Made by a program: the position numbers and the translations under genes | Notes under the pieces: model-generated | Databases searched by the model: none | The model's input: the letters and a program-made list of their open reading frames with translations, nothing else | What the model was told of the DNA's origin: nothing | Shown: piece after piece, positions 58,920 to 64,000 of the stretch | Numbering within the stretch: the first letter of the stretch is position 1 | How the letters are laid out: each line of letters opens with the position of its first letter | Source of the DNA: a virus | Length of the DNA: 64,000 bases | IMG/VR virus record: IMGVR_UViG_3300044825_001572 | Location: 12,730-76,729 of that record | Reading direction: 5' to 3' (one strand)

Positions 58920-59150
58920 TTAAGACATTCCATAGTATAATTGTATTAATTTAGATACTTCAGTAAAAGAAAAAAAAGCACATAATGCTAAAACATCCCA
59001 AAGTTTTAATTTAATAGCAAAGGGAATTGTTAATAAGCCACCAAAAAATTTAATTATAAGACCATTCTTAAAGTCTCCCCATAACATAATTTGATAACCA
59101 ACAACTAAAAATGCATTACCAATATATCTTAAAACTCCCTCTTTATTCAT
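58920..59150 (-). CDS. Small membrane protein
   Basis: LRYIGN...GY..LWGD...GL; hydrophobic. Confidence 0.6.
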   Translation of the reverse strand: MNKEGVLRYIGNAFLVVGYQIMLWGDFKNGLIIKFFGGLLTIPFAIKLKLWDVLALCAFFSFTEVSKLIQLYYGMS

Positions 59151-59238
59151 CTAATTTTTCTTTACGATTTCCGTAATTAAATCCGACCCATATTATATAC
59201 AAATCACATAAAACATTAAACCAATTGATGTTTTCCAT
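59143..59238 (-). CDS. Small hydrophobic peptide (31 aa)
   Basis: MENINWFNVLCDLYIIWVGFNYGNRKEKLDE; overlaps both neighbours. Confidence 0.45.
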   Translation of the reverse strand: MENINWFNVLCDLYIIWVGFNYGNRKEKLDE

Positions 59239-59531
59239 TAAACTACAACAGGAATTGCTTGACGGTCTGGTAAAATGTTTTGAGCTTTAAGTTGCTTATC
59301 ATCCTCAAGTCTTGTTGATGGAATATTTACAATTTGATCCATCAAAATTTTAACTTGTCGATATGTTCTAGTATTATCAAAAGAACACATCATTAATGCA
59401 TCATCTATTGTCGCAACATCGCAAATTTTTTTACCTTCTTTATCAAAGATGGAATAATGTCCAGTATATTCAATTTTTTCTACTTTTTGTAATTGATTCA
59501 TATTCAGTCCCAAGAAATTTGACGAACCCAA
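59238..59531 (-). CDS. Hypothetical protein
   Basis: ORF track; likely start MNQLQ. Confidence 0.55.
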   Translation of the reverse strand: MGSSNFLGLNMNQLQKVEKIEYTGHYSIFDKEGKKICDVATIDDALMMCSFDNTRTYRQVKILMDQIVNIPSTRLEDDKQLKAQNILPDRQAIPVVV

Positions 59532-59908
59532 AGATCATTATTTACTGCTGTAATTCCATGACCAGGTGGTAAATTTGCCTGATTAATAACACCAATAGTG
59601 GGAGATGCTACTTTATATTGAACCTTATAAGTCTTCTTAGTGTCACTATCCCAAGTCATAAATCCCCTAGAATCAAACCAAGACTTAACAGTATAAGTGA
59701 TATTTGAATCTAAAACTTTCGCTTGAATAATTCGCTTGTCAAGAAATCCTTGACTATTACGAACATCAGTAATTTTACAATTTGCTTTTTCAATCCAAGG
59801 GTGATTTTGTTTTCCTAGATACCAACACATTTCAGTATATGTAAAAGTTTCAGCAAATACTGAAAGTGGCGATAGTGTTAACGAAAGTGCAAGAATAATT
59901 TTTTTCAT
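59504..59908 (-). CDS. Secreted/periplasmic hypothetical protein
   Basis: Signal peptide MKKIILALSLTLSPLSVFA. Confidence 0.6.
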   Translation of the reverse strand: MKKIILALSLTLSPLSVFAETFTYTEMCWYLGKQNHPWIEKANCKITDVRNSQGFLDKRIIQAKVLDSNITYTVKSWFDSRGFMTWDSDTKKTYKVQYKVASPTIGVINQANLPPGHGITAVNNDLWVRQISWD

Positions 59909-60039
59909 TTATTGGAAGTATCTTTTGTTATCTTATTATAGGATTGTTTAAAAATCAAGTATTTTGGAGTTCTATAAAGCCCAGGCCAAGTATCACGAAT
60001 AATATCCCCAAGTTTATATGGTGTTTCTGTACTAATCAC
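59905..60039 (-). CDS. Small conserved cyanophage protein (44 aa)
   Basis: GTG start; ISTETPYKLGDIIRDTWPGLYR; ATGA overlap downstream. Confidence 0.55.
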   Translation of the reverse strand: MISTETPYKLGDIIRDTWPGLYRTPKYLIFKQSYNKITKDTSNK

Positions 60040-60601
60040 TTAAAAGTCCCTTGAGTAAATACCGTGCTTCAGAAAATCTATCCACATAATGGATGAGTTT
60101 CATTTCTTCGTTATTTAGAAACCCATTATCAACCATTTCACCTTCTATCCACGATTTTAATGAGCGCCACATTTTCCCGACACAAATTACAGGCTTACGA
60201 TCCATATGTTTTGCTTGTACCAACTGGTAAATCATAGACATCTCTAGGAGTGTCCCTATACCGCCGGGACAAATGATAAATGCATCACAGTCCGCAAAAG
60301 TCTTAAGTCTTGAATAAAAGGTTTCGTGTTGTTCATATTCTTCCACATAAGGATTTACTCCATCTTCAAAAGGAAGGTAAATTGCCTGACCTATAGAACA
60401 TACAGTATCATCATCTGGTTTTGCAGATAATGCACCTTTATTTGCAGCTTCCATTGCACCAGGTCCCGCACCAGTTACAACAATCCATCCATTTTCAACA
60501 ATAAATCTACCAAGATGTTCTATTGCCTTATAGAGATTTGTATCTTCTTTAAGTCTTGCCGAACCAAATACTGCTACTTTTTTTCTCATAAAATTACTCA
60601 A
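60032..60601 (-). CDS. LOG/SLOG-family nucleotide phosphoribohydrolase
   Basis: VAVFGSAR; VTGAGPGAMEAANKGA; LPFE..N; PGGIGTLLE. Confidence 0.88.
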   Translation of the reverse strand: MSNFMRKKVAVFGSARLKEDTNLYKAIEHLGRFIVENGWIVVTGAGPGAMEAANKGALSAKPDDDTVCSIGQAIYLPFEDGVNPYVEEYEQHETFYSRLKTFADCDAFIICPGGIGTLLEMSMIYQLVQAKHMDRKPVICVGKMWRSLKSWIEGEMVDNGFLNNEEMKLIHYVDRFSEARYLLKGLLSD

Positions 60602-61157
60602 CTCCTGAATTACTTGAAAGTAGAGGATAGTGTCCTGTTAAGGATTTATATTTTTCACACAAAACACTTTCATACTTATAATAAGTTTTTGAATTGTATT
60701 CAAATTCTTCTCCCCAAACATTTATAATAGTTTTTGCTAGCGGAACATTATATACATACCATTCAACTTTTTTACCATTACGAATTGAAGCATATTGAAC
60801 TTCAGTAACATTATAATTAGTTACAGAACAAGTTCCTTTGTTTCTTGCTTTTCTGGTTCCACAATTATAAGAAGAATGACGACCTTTCATTCCCACATAA
60901 GTTCCGCCAATCTTTGCGACTTTTCCATCAATCGCAATAATATAAATCAGTTCACAATATTCAACATATTTTTCTTCAAATCCAGGAACAACAATGTAAT
61001 CAATTGGATTAACTTCTGGATTTTTATCAAACCTCTCTTTTGATTTTAATGTAGCATCAGCAATCTTGTAAAATCCATAAGGAATAAAAGTTTCTACTGA
61101 AAGTTCTTTACTAAAATCAATACGATATTCTTCTAGAACTTCTGGAAGATAATTCAT
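60594..61157 (-). CDS. GIY-YIG nuclease, Hpy188I/T4 EndoII-like
   Basis: LIYIIAIDGKVAKIG..R.SSYNCG....KGTCSVTNY; catalytic Glu candidate in KYES. Confidence 0.7.
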   Translation of the reverse strand: MNYLPEVLEEYRIDFSKELSVETFIPYGFYKIADATLKSKERFDKNPEVNPIDYIVVPGFEEKYVEYCELIYIIAIDGKVAKIGGTYVGMKGRHSSYNCGTRKARNKGTCSVTNYNVTEVQYASIRNGKKVEWYVYNVPLAKTIINVWGEEFEYNSKTYYKYESVLCEKYKSLTGHYPLLSSNSGVE

Positions 61158-61193
61158 TAATAACCAATAACATCAATACTACTATAACACAAA

Positions 61194-61220
61194 TCCCCTA
61201 TCAAATGACTTGATAGGGGA
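61194..61220. terminator. 11-bp inverted repeat between the MTase and nuclease genes
   Basis: TCCCCTATCAA-atgac-TTGATAGGGGA. Confidence 0.6.
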
Positions 61221-61235
61221 CAGTTTAGTATCTGG

Positions 61236-62126
61236 TTAATCAGCAATACCAAGTTCTTGTTTTTTATCCATATATGCTTTTACAAGTAATGATTTCCCTC
61301 CAACATTTGGAGCACCCATATTAGAAACATAATCACTCCAATTAATTGCTTCTAATACTTCACGAACATATGGCTTATTTGATTTAAACAAATAATGAGT
61401 TGTGGTCTCAACTGGAACTTCATCCATATTACAAATATGAATATTTCCCCAATATTTCAAAGCAAATTCCCAATACTCATTATTTTTTAATTGCTCTCTA
61501 ACTTTTGGAAGTCTTGGAACATTATCACAAGTCAAAAACATCTCAAAGTCATCATGTTTTGTTGGTGGTCTAGAAGTAATTCTTTGATTTTCTAAATTTA
61601 TTGGTTTACTCTTAGACCATATTTGAATACAGCAAGGAACATCATACGGTTCTCCATCAAGAAGAAAACTATTTTTAGGAAGAAATTCACTATAATAAAG
61701 TCCAAAAGATTTATCTAACTGAAATTGAACTTTCCAAGATGTTTTCCATTTTGCTGGAATAATAAAAGCAATCATCTCACTAAATGTTGCTGCGTGATTA
61801 AAGAATGCTTTTGCTAATGGATTCATATACCCAGTTCCAAAAGGTGGATTTCCTATACAAGCAATTTTAATGGGATTATAAAGTGGATGAAATCCTGGAT
61901 TATAAGTAAAGAAATCTTGTTGAATAATATCAGGACCTTCTGGGGCAATATCAAGTGCTACTGTAGTTTCTGGTAGATATTTGAGAAAACTTCCATCACC
62001 TGCTGAAGGTTCTACAATTAAATCAAAATTTTCTAATGGATAATAAGTATTAATAATTTCTACAAAGTCTTTTGCTATTTGTGGATTGGTGTAAAACTTA
62101 TCCAGGTCTTTTGATTTTTTAGACAT
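61236..62126 (-). CDS. N6-adenine DNA methyltransferase (gamma-type order)
   Basis: DKFYT; motif I VEPSAGDGSF; motif IV IGNPPFG. Confidence 0.88.
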   Translation of the reverse strand: MSKKSKDLDKFYTNPQIAKDFVEIINTYYPLENFDLIVEPSAGDGSFLKYLPETTVALDIAPEGPDIIQQDFFTYNPGFHPLYNPIKIACIGNPPFGTGYMNPLAKAFFNHAATFSEMIAFIIPAKWKTSWKVQFQLDKSFGLYYSEFLPKNSFLLDGEPYDVPCCIQIWSKSKPINLENQRITSRPPTKHDDFEMFLTCDNVPRLPKVREQLKNNEYWEFALKYWGNIHICNMDEVPVETTTHYLFKSNKPYVREVLEAINWSDYVSNMGAPNVGGKSLLVKAYMDKKQELGIAD

Positions 62127-62146
62127 TATTTAAATCGTGTTTGATT

Positions 62147-62175
62147 ATTATAAACCATATTATGAGTTTAGTCAA
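62147..62175 (-). promoter_or_regulatory. Near-consensus sigma70 promoter for the MTase
   Basis: TTGACT-17 nt-TATAAT. Confidence 0.75.
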
Positions 62176-62199
62176 ATAATAAAAATTAATTTTTTTATC

Positions 62200-62507
62200 G
62201 TCATTTAAATCCTTTAGACTTTGACTTTTTTTTCCTTATGATTTAAAACCTCAACATAATTTAAAAACTTGGTTGGAAACATCCAAGTAACTGCGTGACC
62301 AAGGACTATCCCCACCAATCTAAACTGCATATTATGCCATAATAGTAGATCATCATGTAATCGTCTTTCTTTGGAATTGAAACAGAAGTCTTTCGATAAT
62401 ATGAATACGGTTTCACATTTACTTAAGGTAAAGGACACTAAGACTTGGGGTCTGCAGTCTCCCCTTTGTCTTGAGCATAGTATAACACTCCACCAGATAT
62501 AGTACAA
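62200..62507 (-). pseudogene. Decayed or fused remnants of small early genes behind a promoter
   Basis: TTGTAC-17-TATACT (62479-62507); short frame (M)KPYSYYRKTSVSIPKKDDYMMIYYY ends early; FLNYVEVLNHKE joins KKSKSKGFK* only across a frameshift in an A8 run. Confidence 0.4.
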
Positions 62508-62657
62508 GCATTCTAGATGCATTCAATTGTAGCATACGTGATGCATATTTACAACTTTTGCACAATTATCTAAAGTTTTTTTCAGGACTGATGACTGAGA
62601 TGAGGAAAAGAAATACTCCAAAACTTATAAAAAATGTAAGAATGATTAACATTTGAA

Positions 62658-62891
62658 CTAACCCAAACAATAATCTAATGCTCTTTTTGCAGTATTAAAC
62701 AATTTAATAACTTCATCAGATTTTATAATTGAAAATCCAATTAAATCACCCTCAGGATCATCAGGAATCCCATATGGCTGAACAAAAAATAATCCTGCAT
62801 GTGCTACACATTTCCAACCAATATCAACAAATCCTAATTCTCTCAAAGCGCATTCTAATTTAAGTGAATAGCATCCGTCTTGCAAAGTCAT
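62658..62891 (-). CDS. Conserved cyanophage hypothetical protein
   Basis: CYSLKLECALRELGFVDIGWKCVAHAG. Confidence 0.6.
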   Translation of the reverse strand: MTLQDGCYSLKLECALRELGFVDIGWKCVAHAGLFFVQPYGIPDDPEGDLIGFSIIKSDEVIKLFNTAKRALDYCLG

Positions 62892-62933
62892 TTGTACGGT
62901 AAACCGAACTCAAATTTATTTATTTTTAGACAT

Positions 62934-62956
62934 AAAAAAGACCCCGAAGGGTCTTT
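62934..62956 (-). terminator. Intrinsic terminator with UUCG tetraloop
   Basis: AAAGACCC-TTCG-GGGTCTTTTTT. Confidence 0.85.
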
Positions 62957-62982
62957 ACATTTCCACAAGGTATTATATTTTA

Positions 62983-63075
62983 TCACAAGGCGTTCCCACG
63001 AGGCATAACTTCTTTGGATAGAACCAGGTTCATTTGATGCTGGTCAATACTAAACATCCAAGAATGTCCACCATC
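62983..63075 (-). pseudogene. psbD: Degenerate 3' remnant of photosystem II D2
   Basis: DGGHSWMFSIDQHQMNLVLSKEVMPRGNAL* aligns without gaps to the D2 C-terminus [30 protein letters not shown]; in-frame stop immediately upstream. Confidence 0.8.
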
Positions 63076-63249
63076 TTATTTGCTGATATAGTAGAGTTTT
63101 TAACTCGTACTAAAATAATCATAAGTATAAAAACTATTTATGGTAGCTCTGCTCATATCAATACTACTATTACCGTTCTTGTTAAAATGAAGAGAATTTT
63201 TCTCCATCACCTAAAGTCAAAATGCTACGAAAGACTGAAAATATATTTA

Positions 63250-64000
63250 TTATCTTGTTAAATGACCTCCAAACATAAACCTCATTCCGTTTAGAATTCT
63301 TGCTCCGAATGATCCGAGATTTCGTGAGTTAAATCTTTCAAATAAAGCAGTAGTAATAACAGGAGCGGGAACCCCCAGATCCACAGCGGCAGAAACAGTC
63401 CAACGACCCTCACCGCTATCGGATACGCCTCCAGAGAACTGTTTAAGGCTACCATCCCTGCGTAGCACATCAGCAGTAAGATCAAGTAACCAAGACCCAA
63501 CAACGCTACCACGACGCCATAGCTCAGCAACCTCAGCAACGTCAATATCATAGCAGTAACTTTCTGGATCTGCCATAGGGGCAACCTCTGCGTCTCCTTC
63601 TCTAACATACTGTGTTCCGTTGTTTGCATTCTTGATAATATTAAATCCTTCAGCATATGCCTGCATCATACCATACTCAATTCCATTGTGAACCATCTTC
63701 ACAAAATGTCCTGCTCCAGGACCACCACAATGTAACCAACCATACTCTGCTGAGGTTACAGGTGAATCAAACTCAGTCCTTGGGGCAGCGTTGATTCCTG
63801 GGGCGAGGGCATTAAAAATACGCGAACAAGTGGAGACTGCAGTATCTCCACCGCCAACCATAAGACAGTATCCACGATCCAAACCATAAACACCACCGCT
63901 AGTACCACAATCAATATATTGGATACCCAACTTTGCCAGACGCTCTGCTCTTTTCCGACTGTCTTTAAAATTGCTATTGCCATGATCAATAATAATATCT
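63250..64000 (-). CDS. gnd: 6-phosphogluconate dehydrogenase (5' end outside window)
   Basis: IIDHGNS; DCGTSGG; GAGHFVKMVHNGIEYGMMQAYAEG; DSGEGRW; RFMFGGH. Confidence 0.95.
   Translation of the reverse strand, partial: DIIIDHGNSNFKDSRKRAERLAKLGIQYIDCGTSGGVYGLDRGYCLMVGGGDTAVSTCSRIFNALAPGINAAPRTEFDSPVTSAEYGWLHCGGPGAGHFVKMVHNGIEYGMMQAYAEGFNIIKNANNGTQYVREGDAEVAPMADPESYCYDIDVAEVAELWRRGSVVGSWLLDLTADVLRRDGSLKQFSGGVSDSGEGRWTVSAAVDLGVPAPVITTALFERFNSRNLGSFGARILNGMRFMFGGHLTR

Noticed and set aside
63034-63989. ORFs 63034+, 63291- and 63756-
   Set aside because: They are shadow or alternative frames over gnd and the psbD remnant.
1-64000. tRNA or rRNA genes
   Set aside because: No cloverleaf or T-loop signature recognised in the intergenic spaces by eye; tRNAscan was not run.

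Overview
This window is part of a large, AT-rich T4-like cyanomyovirus genome, probably from fresh water. It falls into three regions. (1) 1-36.7 kb, minus strand: an expanded fibre/spike region. It holds five giant fibre proteins, a tandem array of six paralogous ~390-440 aa lectin-like spike genes built as constant-variable-constant-variable-constant cassettes, and two small paralogous adaptor-like genes. (2) 36.7-49.9 kb: baseplate and tail genes (gp5, hub, M23 peptidase and tail-lysozyme proteins, gp51, gp26, tube initiator, gp4, gp2, gp48, and a gp53 split into two ORFs), with cp12 embedded. (3) 49.9-64 kb: replication and auxiliary genes (gp32, gp59, gp33, exonuclease, phoH, thyX, glutaredoxin, HNH, LOG, gnd). 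The best-supported unusual elements are: a complete IA2-type group I intron (50530-51727) interrupting the zinc-binding CPVC motif of gp32, carrying a Zn-finger/PD-(D/E)XK endonuclease with a T4 late promoter and an RBS-sequestering hairpin; a glnA-type glutamine riboswitch plus an NtcA-like box upstream of a DUF4278 mini-operon; an adenine MTase + Hpy188I/EndoII-like GIY-YIG nuclease + LOG cluster; and a decayed psbD 3' remnant. All family assignments come from motif recognition by eye; no database searches were run.
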